Of a stretch of 64,000 nucleotides of DNA, positions 10,399 through 20,678 are shown piece by piece (positions within the stretch are counted from its first letter, which is position 1; each line of letters starts with the position of its first letter). The DNA comes from Candidatus Woesearchaeota archaeon (GTDB lineage Archaea; Nanobdellota; Nanobdellia; Woesearchaeales; BS150m-G63): contig JADHVD010000005.1 in assembly GCA_016784165.1 (NCBI GenBank), positions 3,385 through 67,384 on the forward strand. The letters run 5' to 3'. The position numbers were made by a program, and so were the translations under genes. The notes under the pieces are model-generated. The model saw nothing but the letters and a program-made list of their open reading frames with translations. It was not told where the DNA came from and did not search any database.

Positions 10399-11382
10399 CT
10401 AAAAAGACATTAACCCACCAAATGCATTGGTAATAATAAATCTGACTATGAAAAATAATCCCAAAGACAATGCAACTAAGATAGGTATATAATTTAAACC
10501 TTCCCTTCCTTTTCCTTTAGATATTGCCCCTAACACAAAAGAACCTAAAATAGATGAAGTTATTAAAGAAACCACTATAAACAAAATAACAAAATCGGGA
10601 GATATTGCAACTCCTGTAATTTGAATAGGTAAACTCGCTTGACTTGCTATATCTCCAGTCATAGAACCTACACTTCCAAGATTCTTAACTAACACTTGAA
10701 TTAAAAAAGATGAAAACCCAAATAATATTGGAGAACCAAATGCAATTGCTGAAAATATAAATATAACATACATCAAAATGTTTGAATTAACTTTATTTCT
10801 TACAAGTTTTTGTTGTTTTAAATTATCTGCAGTCTGATCAAGTAAACTAGAAAATTCTCCACCAGACCTTAATCCTAAAACAATAAGATCAACAGTTTTA
10901 CCTAATACCTCTGATTTAACTCTTCTTGCTAATTTTTTTAAAGCATGTTCCATATCAGTACCAGCAGTAATTTCTTTTCCAATTCTATTTATTTCTTCAT
11001 TTAATATTCCAAATTCAGGTCTTGCAGAAACTAAAAATGCTTTATCTGGAGTTAAACCAGCCCTTAGATTACTAGCCATTAATTGTAAAGCATCTGGTAA
11101 TACATCTTCAACAAATTTAGCTTTTCTCTCTGCAGCCAAAGTTATTAAAGTATGTACTAAAAATTCAATCACTATAAAAGAAGCAACAAACATTAAAAAT
11201 AATGAAACATCATAAATTCTTGCAAGTTGGAGTGCAATAATTAAAGAAACAGCAAGACCGCTAAAAATAATAAAACCTAATACATATTCCTTTTTTACCT
11301 TCAAATCAAAATAAGATAATAACCTCAAATAGTTTTTTCTTATTTTCCCTGGATAAAGTTTTGATATTGCTCCATAATCCAT
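10399..11382 (-). CDS. Type II secretion system F-domain membrane protein (TadC/ArlJ-like platform, half 2)
   Basis: A cytoplasmic helical domain (LQLMASNLRAGLTPDKAF...GTDMEHALKKLA) is flanked by TM helices. Confidence 0.75.
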   Translation of the reverse strand: MDYGAISKLYPGKIRKNYLRLLSYFDLKVKKEYVLGFIIFSGLAVSLIIALQLARIYDVSLFLMFVASFIVIEFLVHTLITLAAERKAKFVEDVLPDALQLMASNLRAGLTPDKAFLVSARPEFGILNEEINRIGKEITAGTDMEHALKKLARRVKSEVLGKTVDLIVLGLRSGGEFSSLLDQTADNLKQQKLVRNKVNSNILMYVIFIFSAIAFGSPILFGFSSFLIQVLVKNLGSVGSMTGDIASQASLPIQITGVAISPDFVILFIVVSLITSSILGSFVLGAISKGKGREGLNYIPILVALSLGLFFIVRFIITNAFGGLMSF

Positions 11383-11392
11383 TTTAATACCT

Positions 11393-12286
11393 TTAATCCA
11401 CCAATAAATTAGGCCTTTTTGCTTTTATCATTCCTAAAAACATAAATTGCACAAATACTCCAAACCCATATAATCCCCAAAACAAACTTTTAATCCCTGC
11501 TTCAGATAAAGACATAAAAGACGCCATTACAATCAATAAAGTCAATCCAAGAGAGGGCAAAATAATTGCGATTACCATATAAAACATACTCAAAGGACTC
11601 AACTGAGAACCATATCTTTCAATCTGTCCAATCTGTTCTGCAGATAAATGTACTGTTATTTCTTTTACTGTTTCACACAAATCAGATCCTGTTTTCATCC
11701 TATTAGTTAATTGCCAAATAACCCTCCTAAAGTAAGGTGATGGATTTTCAAAAGCAACAATATCTAAAGCATCTATAGCTGGTTTTCCAGCATTGACGTC
11801 TCTAACAACTTTTAAAAATTCTTTAGACACTTCACCATACCCTCCCAAAGAAAGTTGAGCCAACACATTAAATAAAGGAACCCCCGACTTTAATTGCACT
11901 AATGCATTTTGCATTGCAGGAAGTAAATTTTTTTCTAAATTCATTACTCTCCTATTTATTATAATCTTGGGGTAAGCAAATTGTTGAAAACTAATAAAAA
12001 TTACAAGAAATAAAGAAGCTATAAATGATTTTAAAAATGGGTTAACTGCATCTGTTGAAGAGATTACTAAATTTAAAAAAATAAGAAAAAAAGCGAATAG
12101 AAAAGTGTTAGAAAGAAAACACATTGAAAGATATTCTGCAGAACTTATATGGAATCTTGCTTGTTTAAGGGTCACTGCCAAATAAGGAAAAACTTTTTCT
12201 AAGGGTTTAGTTATAAAAAGCACATGTTTAGCCTGCTTTCTTAATATTTTTGCAGGAAAAAATGAAAAAGGTATATTAAAATTCAT
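11393..12286 (-). CDS. Type II secretion system F-domain membrane protein (TadB/ArlJ-like platform, half 1)
   Basis: LPAMQNALVQLKSGVPLFNVLAQL...NAGKPAIDALD plus TM helices. Confidence 0.7.
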   Translation of the reverse strand: MNFNIPFSFFPAKILRKQAKHVLFITKPLEKVFPYLAVTLKQARFHISSAEYLSMCFLSNTFLFAFFLIFLNLVISSTDAVNPFLKSFIASLFLVIFISFQQFAYPKIIINRRVMNLEKNLLPAMQNALVQLKSGVPLFNVLAQLSLGGYGEVSKEFLKVVRDVNAGKPAIDALDIVAFENPSPYFRRVIWQLTNRMKTGSDLCETVKEITVHLSAEQIGQIERYGSQLSPLSMFYMVIAIILPSLGLTLLIVMASFMSLSEAGIKSLFWGLYGFGVFVQFMFLGMIKAKRPNLLVD

Positions 12287-12353
12287 TATTCACCCATTTA
12301 TTTACTGATTTTATTTACCGATTTTATTTATCTATTTTATTTAGCTATTTATT

Positions 12354-13856
12354 TTATTTTAAAATTTGATCTGGATGTAAATTTTTATTAACAATATTTA
12401 TTACTTCTTCTTTATTAAGGTAATACTCACTCATAAATTTTCCAATACTATGTACATCCCTAATATTATTATTTAACAACCAATTCAATATAGTTTCTTT
12501 TTGTTTTAATTTCAAAGAAATTTCACCCTGATTCAAACCAGTATGCCTACTCAATTCTTCAAACAATCTAGAGCTCTTTAAGCTAGATTCAATTTTATCT
12601 GTATTTGGATTCCACCTATAAATTATATTAGGTTTAACAGCCATTCCTTCTTTTGTTTCAGTTCTAATAAACTCCCCTAATTGATACACCCTCCTTATAC
12701 TTCTTCTTCTTTCTCTATACATCACTACACAAAGATTAACTGTAGGAAGTAAATTAGCAGGAATCTCTATTGGTGGATAAACTAATCTTTGTATTGTTTC
12801 TGCAACGCTTTCTGCATGAACAGTACTATATACACTATGTCCTGTATGCATTGCTTCAAAAAGAACTTGTGCTTCTTCTTTTTTTCTCATTTCTCCAAGT
12901 ACAATTCTATCTGGTCTCATTCTTAAAGAATTTATCAATAAATTAAGCATGGTTACTTCTCCCCTACCTTCTGTATTTGGAAGTCTTGTTACTAAAGGAA
13001 CCCAATGTAAATATTTTGGAAGTTGTAATTCTCTTGTATCTTCAATAGAAATAATTCTATGATTGGGCGGTATAAACGGCATACAAACATTAAGCATAGC
13101 TGTTTTTCCACTTCCAGTACCCCCAGAAATAAGTACATTCATTTCAAATTCCATCATTAACCAAATTAAAGCAAAAACTTCAACACTGCAAGTTTTATTT
13201 TTAATAAAATCCATACAAGTCCAAGGATCTCTTGCAAACATTCTAATTGTAATTGAATTCCCTTTATTTGAAATGGGATAAAGAACAGCATTAGCTCTAT
13301 CTCCAGTAACTAAATGTGCATCTAATAATGGATTTAAAGTTGTTATTTGTCTTCCAATTCTTCTTGCAATTGTATTTGCATAATTTTGTACATTTTCTTC
13401 TGTACCTAAAAAAATATCAGTTTCAAGCCATCCAAATTGTTTATGATAAACCCTCAAAGGTTCTTTTGCAGAATTAACAACAATTTCTTCAAGATTAGGG
13501 TCTGAAAGTAAAAACTCCACTTTTCCAAGACCAATTGTTTCATGAAGTAAAGTTCCTATCAAAAGATGTTTTGTTTCTAAATCTATCTGAGGTAATTTTT
13601 TAGCAATAAATTCATCTGCACTAACTCTAAATTTTTCTTTTATTCTAAAAACGGCATTAGGATCAAGAATCTCTGCACTACTTATCTCAACATCAGCAAC
13701 CAATTCTTCTCTAACCTTAACCAACAAAGCCTTTGTTGCTACACTAAGTTCTTTAGTAACCAATTCATACATATCTACTCTTCCTTTATCTGAAGTTACT
13801 CTAACACCTATCTCAATATTATCCACAGTTAGTTTATATTGTTTTAATATTTTCAT
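12354..13856 (-). CDS. Type II/IV secretion ATPase (ArlI/PilB/VirB11 family)
   Basis: Walker A SGGTGSGKT, Asp box RIISIEDTREL and Walker B LRMRPDRIVLGEMR. Confidence 0.9.
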   Translation of the reverse strand: MKILKQYKLTVDNIEIGVRVTSDKGRVDMYELVTKELSVATKALLVKVREELVADVEISSAEILDPNAVFRIKEKFRVSADEFIAKKLPQIDLETKHLLIGTLLHETIGLGKVEFLLSDPNLEEIVVNSAKEPLRVYHKQFGWLETDIFLGTEENVQNYANTIARRIGRQITTLNPLLDAHLVTGDRANAVLYPISNKGNSITIRMFARDPWTCMDFIKNKTCSVEVFALIWLMMEFEMNVLISGGTGSGKTAMLNVCMPFIPPNHRIISIEDTRELQLPKYLHWVPLVTRLPNTEGRGEVTMLNLLINSLRMRPDRIVLGEMRKKEEAQVLFEAMHTGHSVYSTVHAESVAETIQRLVYPPIEIPANLLPTVNLCVVMYRERRRSIRRVYQLGEFIRTETKEGMAVKPNIIYRWNPNTDKIESSLKSSRLFEELSRHTGLNQGEISLKLKQKETILNWLLNNNIRDVHSIGKFMSEYYLNKEEVINIVNKNLHPDQILK

Positions 13857-13862
13857 TTTTTT

Positions 13863-14312
13863 CTAACTTAATTTCTTTAGTATTGGCCCAATAAAAAATG
13901 AATAATTAATTTTAATCAAACCATTTTCTTCCAAAATTGTTGCCCATTCATCTGCCTTTTTTCTATCAATTTTAAATTTTGATTGTACTGCTTTAAGGGT
14001 TATTTTTCCTTTTTCTTGTATCAACTCATACAATTCATCAATCTCTGTTTTATAATGCCTTTTAATTTCTGAAACATCTGCTTTTTGAGCAAAATAAGGC
14101 TTAAGCCTATTATAAATTTGACTTAAATTTTGATAATACTGTGACACTTCTTGCTCATTTAATACAGGAAGTATTTCATAATATAAATTAGTGTAAAGGT
14201 TATAGAGTTTCTTTGCTTCTTCAATCTGGTTAATACCAATCAATCTTATTATTTCAACAGAAGCATCATAAAACTCCCTCTTTTTTTTGTCTAACTCTAC
14301 ACCCTCAACCAT
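13863..14312 (-). CDS. Hypothetical cytoplasmic protein of the pilus operon (possible C-terminal winged helix)
   Basis: Sits 6 nt upstream of the ATPase gene on the same strand; no motif recognised. Confidence 0.4.
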   Translation of the reverse strand: MVEGVELDKKKREFYDASVEIIRLIGINQIEEAKKLYNLYTNLYYEILPVLNEQEVSQYYQNLSQIYNRLKPYFAQKADVSEIKRHYKTEIDELYELIQEKGKITLKAVQSKFKIDRKKADEWATILEENGLIKINYSFFIGPILKKLS

Positions 14313-14375
14313 ACAAAGATTTGTTTTGATTACAAATTTAAATAAATATGTAACAATTCTAAAATAGTAACAGAT

Positions 14376-15215
14376 TCACCTTAATCTAACACCCCCTATT
14401 TTCTTCACACCATAACCAGGAAGTGCAACATTTATTAAATCTGTCTCTCTGGGTGTTTCTACTGTAATTGTTTCATTTAAATCTTTTAAATTAATATTTA
14501 CAAAAACTTCATTATCAAGATTACTAAGATCTAAAATAGTAAGGTTAGCTCCAGCACCAAAAGTAATATTCACAAATTCATTACTAAAATTAAGTTGAAA
14601 ATGACTAATATCATCTGGATCTAAATACATATTTCCACACCCTGTTATGTTAACACTAAAACTACCGCTATGAGTATTATTAACAGGACATCCATCAGGA
14701 TCTACGTTAAAACTAACTTCATAACCTTCCAAAATTGAATAATTAGATGGATAAACCCCAATTACATTTTCACCAAAACCATTTGGATGAGTATAAACAA
14801 CTTCATGTGGATAAACAACTAAAGGTAAAGTGTTATTCATTTCAGTAATATTCAAACTAACACCACCAAAATTAGATTCAACAAAACTTTTAAATGAAGT
14901 TAAATTACCTTCAAAATTAGTATAGTCAATATTAGACAACCCTTCTTTAAACACAACTTGATCCTCAATTTGATTAACAATAACATAATCATCCCCAAGA
15001 GTTCCAAATAAAATCTCTCTGATTCCATTATCAACAGAATCATAAAGATTATGCATAGTATCTAAACTAGACATTTCAATAAATCTCTCTTCAGATTCCA
15101 TAGTGTTATAAAATAACAATATGGCTAATGTCAAAAGCACAGATGCCATTAACACCAATCCTGCTGTAAATAATATACCCTTTCTATTCATCTTTCTATT
15201 TATCAGATTATCCAT
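14376..15215 (-). CDS. Pilin-like secreted protein, heavily sequon-rich (minor pilin or pilus-associated)
   Basis: N-terminal basic stretch plus hydrophobic helix (NRKGILFTAGLVLMASVLL), and about ten N-x-S/T sequons. Confidence 0.5.
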   Translation of the reverse strand: MDNLINRKMNRKGILFTAGLVLMASVLLTLAILLFYNTMESEERFIEMSSLDTMHNLYDSVDNGIREILFGTLGDDYVIVNQIEDQVVFKEGLSNIDYTNFEGNLTSFKSFVESNFGGVSLNITEMNNTLPLVVYPHEVVYTHPNGFGENVIGVYPSNYSILEGYEVSFNVDPDGCPVNNTHSGSFSVNITGCGNMYLDPDDISHFQLNFSNEFVNITFGAGANLTILDLSNLDNEVFVNINLKDLNETITVETPRETDLINVALPGYGVKKIGGVRLR

Positions 15216-15235
15216 CTTTCAATTCATCTTATTAG

Positions 15236-15679
15236 TCATTTTACTCTTCCTGCCCATATCCAAAATCTTGCAACCCCAAATCCTAAATTACCCATAACAA
15301 TAACTCTCTGTCCAGTTCCAATAAATCTGTCATCAGGTATTTCTCTAAAAGTATCTGTTTCAAAACTACTTCCATTTTCTAAAGTTAAATTTATCTTCAC
15401 CTCATAATGGTTTGGAATTAATGAATAAATCTCCCCCTGTACTTCAGATTCATTCATATTTTCAAAAACTCCAGTATTATCAAATAAAGCCAAAATATCA
15501 TTTCCTGTACGCACTAATTGCAATTCAGGTAAAACATCATCTCTTGAACTGATTGCATAATTAGTTGCAACAATAATTATAATAATAACAATAGTAAGAG
15601 CAATAATTGAATCAGTTGTAATCATTACAGCTTTTTTCCCCATATTGCTTATTCCCATAATGAAACCTCTAAAATACAC
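15236..15679 (-). CDS. Minor pilin-like protein (class III signal peptide-like N-terminus)
   Basis: MGKKAVMITTDSIIALTIVIIIII. The likely true start is an internal Met near 15643. Confidence 0.5.
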   Translation of the reverse strand: MYFRGFIMGISNMGKKAVMITTDSIIALTIVIIIIIVATNYAISSRDDVLPELQLVRTGNDILALFDNTGVFENMNESEVQGEIYSLIPNHYEVKINLTLENGSSFETDTFREIPDDRFIGTGQRVIVMGNLGFGVARFWIWAGRVK

Positions 15680-16248
15680 CTACGATTATCTCCTTCATCA
15701 CATTGAACATATCTTCTCACGCTTGTTGTACGTTCTGCATTAAATAAAATAGGATTAGGACCAGATTCGTGGATACGCATATCTTTATCAAACAACCTAA
15801 AATAGAGATGGTATCCTTCAATATTCAACAACTCTCTTGATGCATTATAATTATTAGTCATATTAACAAACTCTTGCACTTTATTAGAATCTAATTGCCT
15901 GTCAAAACTCACTAAACCAACTGTTTCAATAAGGTTATTAATATCACCCATATTGCCTTCCCAATTAATATTTTCCCATTCACTCGGACTCCCAGAAGTA
16001 TGAATTAATATATCACTTACATGATAGGTTTTCAACCACATATCTTTTTGAGTAACTTTTTGATTTAACTCAAAATGATATTTATTCCACATTATTGCAA
16101 TCATTGAAACAAGAAGAATGAAGATAGATAAAGCTATAAAAAAATCAATTATTACTGCTTGCGCGCTTTTATTAAATTTAAATCTATATTTCATCATACA
16201 CACTTCTGTTATGTAAACTGATAACAACAAAACCTCCAATATTCTCAA
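15649..16248 (-). CDS. Minor pilin-like protein
   Basis: KSAQAVIIDFFIALSIFILLV is a class III signal peptide-like motif. The likely true start is MMKYRF near 16197. Confidence 0.55.
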   Translation of the reverse strand: MRILEVLLLSVYITEVCMMKYRFKFNKSAQAVIIDFFIALSIFILLVSMIAIMWNKYHFELNQKVTQKDMWLKTYHVSDILIHTSGSPSEWENINWEGNMGDINNLIETVGLVSFDRQLDSNKVQEFVNMTNNYNASRELLNIEGYHLYFRLFDKDMRIHESGPNPILFNAERTTSVRRYVQCDEGDNRRCILEVSLWE

Positions 16249-16654
16249 ATTTTAATATTCTTTTATCGGCAGAAAAATGAAAATTAAACCAACTTAAATT
16301 TCTCTCTTGACTGGAATTAGACACACTTCTTATTGGATAAGTGCAATAAACAGGCCCTTTACCCGGCTCACCAACAAATAAATTCCTTGAAATTGGTTGA
16401 ACAGTTACATTATATTTAATATGTCCGACCCCCACAGAAAAATAAGCAATAGTACCAACTCCACTTGCATAAATTTCTGTTATTAAAGAAGAAAATTGCA
16501 AACAAAAATCTTTTTTATTTAATATATCAGTAGTTTTAGTAACTTGGTCTTTTTTATTAAAAACATCATATAACACAAAAGTAGATAACAATAAAATCAC
16601 ACCTATCACGAACAAAAATTCAATAGCAATTTGTGCTTTATTAGATTTCATCAT
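16184..16654 (-). CDS. Minor pilin-like protein
   Basis: MMKSNKAQIAIEFLFVIGVILLL fits the K-A-Q-x3-E-F class III signal peptide pattern. Confidence 0.65.
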   Translation of the reverse strand: MMKSNKAQIAIEFLFVIGVILLLSTFVLYDVFNKKDQVTKTTDILNKKDFCLQFSSLITEIYASGVGTIAYFSVGVGHIKYNVTVQPISRNLFVGEPGKGPVYCTYPIRSVSNSSQERNLSWFNFHFSADKRILKFENIGGFVVISLHNRSVYDEI

Positions 16655-17100
16655 CTTGAAGTTATATTAATTACCCCTGTTTCTGTTTTTTCAATAAATA
16701 ACTTATGCAAATTCTTTTTCTGCCCACCACTAAACGGAATTTCTCCAGTAACATTACCCTTAGTCATCGCAAATATATCCACCACCCTTCCTTCATGACT
16801 CATATTAATAACTATCTCGCTCCCAGTAGAAGAGGGAAATTGCACAAAACTTACACTACTAACCGCTGAAGGAAAAAACACGTAAACAATCCTTTTAGAA
16901 CCTGGACTTAAAGAATAAACAGTATCTGCAACTTTAGATATTTTATTAACAGCGCTCACAGCCTGCTTCATTTGAAGATCAGGAGGAATTGTAGTCATAA
17001 AATAATAAACAATAAACATCAGAAATATCAATAGTGTACCAAAAATAATAAAATATTCAACACTAACTTGTGCTCTACGTTTTTTATTTAATATCATCAT
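16651..17100 (-). CDS. Minor pilin-like protein
   Basis: KKRRAQVSVEYFIIFGTLLIF. The globular part is paralogous to the N-terminal half of 17111-18052 (VYSLSPGS / LYSLGPGN, TKGNVTGEIP / TKGYVTGVIP). Confidence 0.65.
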   Translation of the reverse strand: MMILNKKRRAQVSVEYFIIFGTLLIFLMFIVYYFMTTIPPDLQMKQAVSAVNKISKVADTVYSLSPGSKRIVYVFFPSAVSSVSFVQFPSSTGSEIVINMSHEGRVVDIFAMTKGNVTGEIPFSGGQKKNLHKLFIEKTETGVINITSR

Positions 17101-17110
17101 AACAAAAGAA

Positions 17111-18052
17111 TTATCTAGGAGGTATTAAACAGCAAACCTTCACAGGATAATCATCCCAGTCTCCATCACAATCTGAAATATGTGAATTAGTTAAATAATT
17201 CTCACCCCCATCATTATCACTATAATGAGTATTATCTATCGTAGCTAAACAATAATAATCTTGCCCAAATTCTGCACAATATTGCACACTTTCATTAGTA
17301 TATTCACAATTAAGTTCTACATCTTTATTTGTATAAAGTTTAGCTTCAACAGTATAATTAATATAGTCTTTTTCAGCAACATGTGCATTTGTGAGATTAT
17401 CTAATCTAAACATTGTAGTATTATGTGTAGCCCAACCATTATTTTCTTCCCAAACCATTTGATCCCCCTTAACAGTATCTATACAACAAATACTATAATT
17501 AGCAAGAATAACTTTATCCCCCATGCCATTATAATCAGTTTCGTTATAAATAGAGGCATGCGTACTATGTCCTGGCTCATGTAAAAACAACACAGGATTT
17601 CTACCATCAGTACAATTAACTGTTGGTAAAACAACACAATATGGATCTCCAATCAATACAACACCAGTCTCTAACACTCTCATTTTAATCTTATGAACTC
17701 CAGAGTCAATTGGAATAACACCTGTAACATACCCTTTAGTCACCATAATTATATCTTTACTTCCTTCAGGAGTATCGACAGCAAATACAATTTCCCTTCC
17801 ATAAATATTTACATCAGTAACCCCTTTAGGGACATCAATATACAAATGTTTTTGATTTCCAGGCCCTAAAGAATAAAGAGAATCTGCTGATTTTGTAATG
17901 CCACTAATTAAATTATTAGCATCATTAATTCTTGCTTTAACAATATATTTATTTACCTCTTTGTAAACAAAAGGACTTAATACAATTAATATAACCCCCA
18001 TTATAACCATATATTCTACAGCTATTTGTCCCCTTTTATTCATTTTGTTCAT
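17111..18052 (-). CDS. Pilin-like protein with a large Cys/Asn/Asp-rich C-terminal domain (candidate tip adhesin)
   Basis: MNKMNKRGQIAVEYMVIMGVILIV class III signal, then a pilin-like domain, then about 190 aa containing 11 Cys and several sequons. Confidence 0.65.
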   Translation of the reverse strand: MNKMNKRGQIAVEYMVIMGVILIVLSPFVYKEVNKYIVKARINDANNLISGITKSADSLYSLGPGNQKHLYIDVPKGVTDVNIYGREIVFAVDTPEGSKDIIMVTKGYVTGVIPIDSGVHKIKMRVLETGVVLIGDPYCVVLPTVNCTDGRNPVLFLHEPGHSTHASIYNETDYNGMGDKVILANYSICCIDTVKGDQMVWEENNGWATHNTTMFRLDNLTNAHVAEKDYINYTVEAKLYTNKDVELNCEYTNESVQYCAEFGQDYYCLATIDNTHYSDNDGGENYLTNSHISDCDGDWDDYPVKVCCLIPPR

Positions 18053-18079
18053 TATCTTAATCTATACTGGTAACTTTGT

Positions 18080-18087
18080 TTTTATAG
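18080..18087 (-). promoter_or_regulatory. TATA-box-like element for the minus-strand pilus operon
   Basis: The reverse strand reads CTATAAAA about 30 nt upstream of ATG 18052. Confidence 0.35.
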
Positions 18088-18147
18088 TTTCTTATTCTCT
18101 CTAGAGTAGTAATAAACCAAATATGTTTATCTCAAAAAACCATTAAA

Positions 18148-18155
18148 TTTATATA
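18148..18155 (+). promoter_or_regulatory. TATA-box-like element for the tandem pilin genes
   Basis: TTTATATA lies about 55 nt upstream of the pilin start. A Shine-Dalgarno-like GAGGTGAT sits at about 18198-18205. Confidence 0.4.
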
Positions 18156-18202
18156 CCCCTAAAAGATAAATTACATAAACTATTTATTTTATATCAAATG
18201 AG

Positions 18203-18664
18203 GTGATTATTTTGAATAAAAACAAAAAAGCACAAGCTGCCATGGAGTTCTTAATGACTTATGGTTGGGCTATATTAGTTGTTCTAATCGCAATTTCAGC
18301 ATTAGCTTATTTTGGAGTGTTAAACCCAAGTAGATTTTTGCCAGAAAGTTGTACATTAGTGCCTGGTATGAGTTGTATAGATTTTAAAGCAGATGGTGCA
18401 ACCAACACAACAACAATAGTTATCCAAAACGGAATGGGACAAGATTTAAACGTTTTTAAAATTAATATGAGTGGTTATAGTTGTATTATAAATGATACAT
18501 TAGGAACATTTAACGACGCAGATAAACAAACCTTTACAATGGGTTGTACAGGTTTATGGGATAAAAGTGGGCAAAGACTAAAAGAAGATATTATAATCTC
18601 TTTTAATTCTACAGCTGGAATTACCCACACAGAAACAGGTCAGTTAATAACTAAAATTGAATAA
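18203..18664 (+). CDS. Type IV pilin-like protein, paralog 1 (class III signal peptide)
   Basis: NKNKKAQAAMEFLMTYGWAILVVLIAISALAYFGVLNPSRFLPESCTLVPGMSC. The likely true start is TTG 18212, matching paralog 2. Ends GQLITKIE. Confidence 0.8.
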   Translation: MIILNKNKKAQAAMEFLMTYGWAILVVLIAISALAYFGVLNPSRFLPESCTLVPGMSCIDFKADGATNTTTIVIQNGMGQDLNVFKINMSGYSCIINDTLGTFNDADKQTFTMGCTGLWDKSGQRLKEDIIISFNSTAGITHTETGQLITKIE

Positions 18665-18682
18665 AGGAGGAAATAAATAAAA

Positions 18683-19168
18683 ATGAATAAAAACAAAAAA
18701 GCACAAGCCGCTATGGAATTTTTAATGACTTATGGTTGGGCTATATTAGTTGTTCTAATCGCAATTTCAGCATTAGCTTATTTTGGAGTGTTAAACCCAA
18801 GTAGATTTTTGCCAGAAAGTTGTACATTAGTGCCTGGTCTAAGTTGTGTAGATTTCAAAGTTAGCGATAATGATATAACTTTAGTTATACAAAACGGTAT
18901 GGGAACAGATTTAGCGGATTTTTCAGTAACTATAGCTGATGATGATCAATGTAAACATATAGGGAACTGGACATGTGATGGGACTAATTGTTCTTTTCCA
19001 TCATTTCTATTAAAAGACTCTGAAGATGTACTTCTTTTCTGTAATAACACCCGGCATGGACTTGCAAGTGAAGCTAGATATAAAAAAGACATATCTATTT
19101 CATACAAAAAAGGAAGTGATGGATTAACACATACAGATTTAGGTCAATTGATAACTAAAGTAGAATAA
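18683..19168 (+). CDS. Type IV pilin-like protein, paralog 2
   Basis: The first 52 aa (through LVPG) are identical to those of paralog 1 read from TTG 18212, preceded by an AGGAGG Shine-Dalgarno sequence. The C-terminal domain is divergent. Ends GQLITKVE. Confidence 0.85.
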   Translation: MNKNKKAQAAMEFLMTYGWAILVVLIAISALAYFGVLNPSRFLPESCTLVPGLSCVDFKVSDNDITLVIQNGMGTDLADFSVTIADDDQCKHIGNWTCDGTNCSFPSFLLKDSEDVLLFCNNTRHGLASEARYKKDISISYKKGSDGLTHTDLGQLITKVE

Positions 19169-19188
19169 GCTTAACAGCTTATTTTTTT
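19166..19188 (+). terminator. Hairpin plus T-run after pilin paralog 2
   Basis: TAAGCT-TAAC-AGCTTA followed by TTTTTTT. Confidence 0.45.
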
Positions 19189-19236
19189 CTTTTTTTTAAT
19201 TTTATATTACTTTTTCTAAAAAACAAACAAAAAGTT

Positions 19237-19244
19237 TTTATATA
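19237..19244 (+). promoter_or_regulatory. TATA-box-like element for pilin paralog 3
   Basis: TTTATATA lies 42 nt upstream of ATG 19286. Confidence 0.35.
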
Positions 19245-19285
19245 AGTATCTCTACAATCTGAAATAGATATCAAAAAGAGGCGTA

Positions 19286-20405
<1,120 letters not shown>

Positions 20406-20479
20406 AGATTAATCAATTTTACCTTATAAAATTTGCGTTAAAAACAACGCAATAAAAATATAAGAAAAAGAGAGAAAAA

Positions 20480-20533
20480 GGCTCCTCGAGATTCTTGAGG
20501 GGGTGGTGGAGAGAAGAAAGTCAGCGAGGAGCC
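20480..20533 (-). other. GC-rich hairpin (9-bp stem GGCTCCTCG/CGAGGAGCC); candidate small RNA or terminator
   Basis: A GC island in AT-rich intergenic DNA. On the minus strand a TTTATATA box lies about 35 nt upstream and TTTTT follows immediately. The loop contains ACCACCCCC. Confidence 0.3.
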
Positions 20534-20678
20534 GATATCTTCTACTATTTCCTAATAAACAGAACTAGTATATAAATGTTGTGTTTTAGTATACAAAAAG
20601 GTATACTAAACTACTACTTTACCCTCTAAAATCAAAATGATTCTATTTTATCAACATCAGAAAAAAAATCTATCTTTT

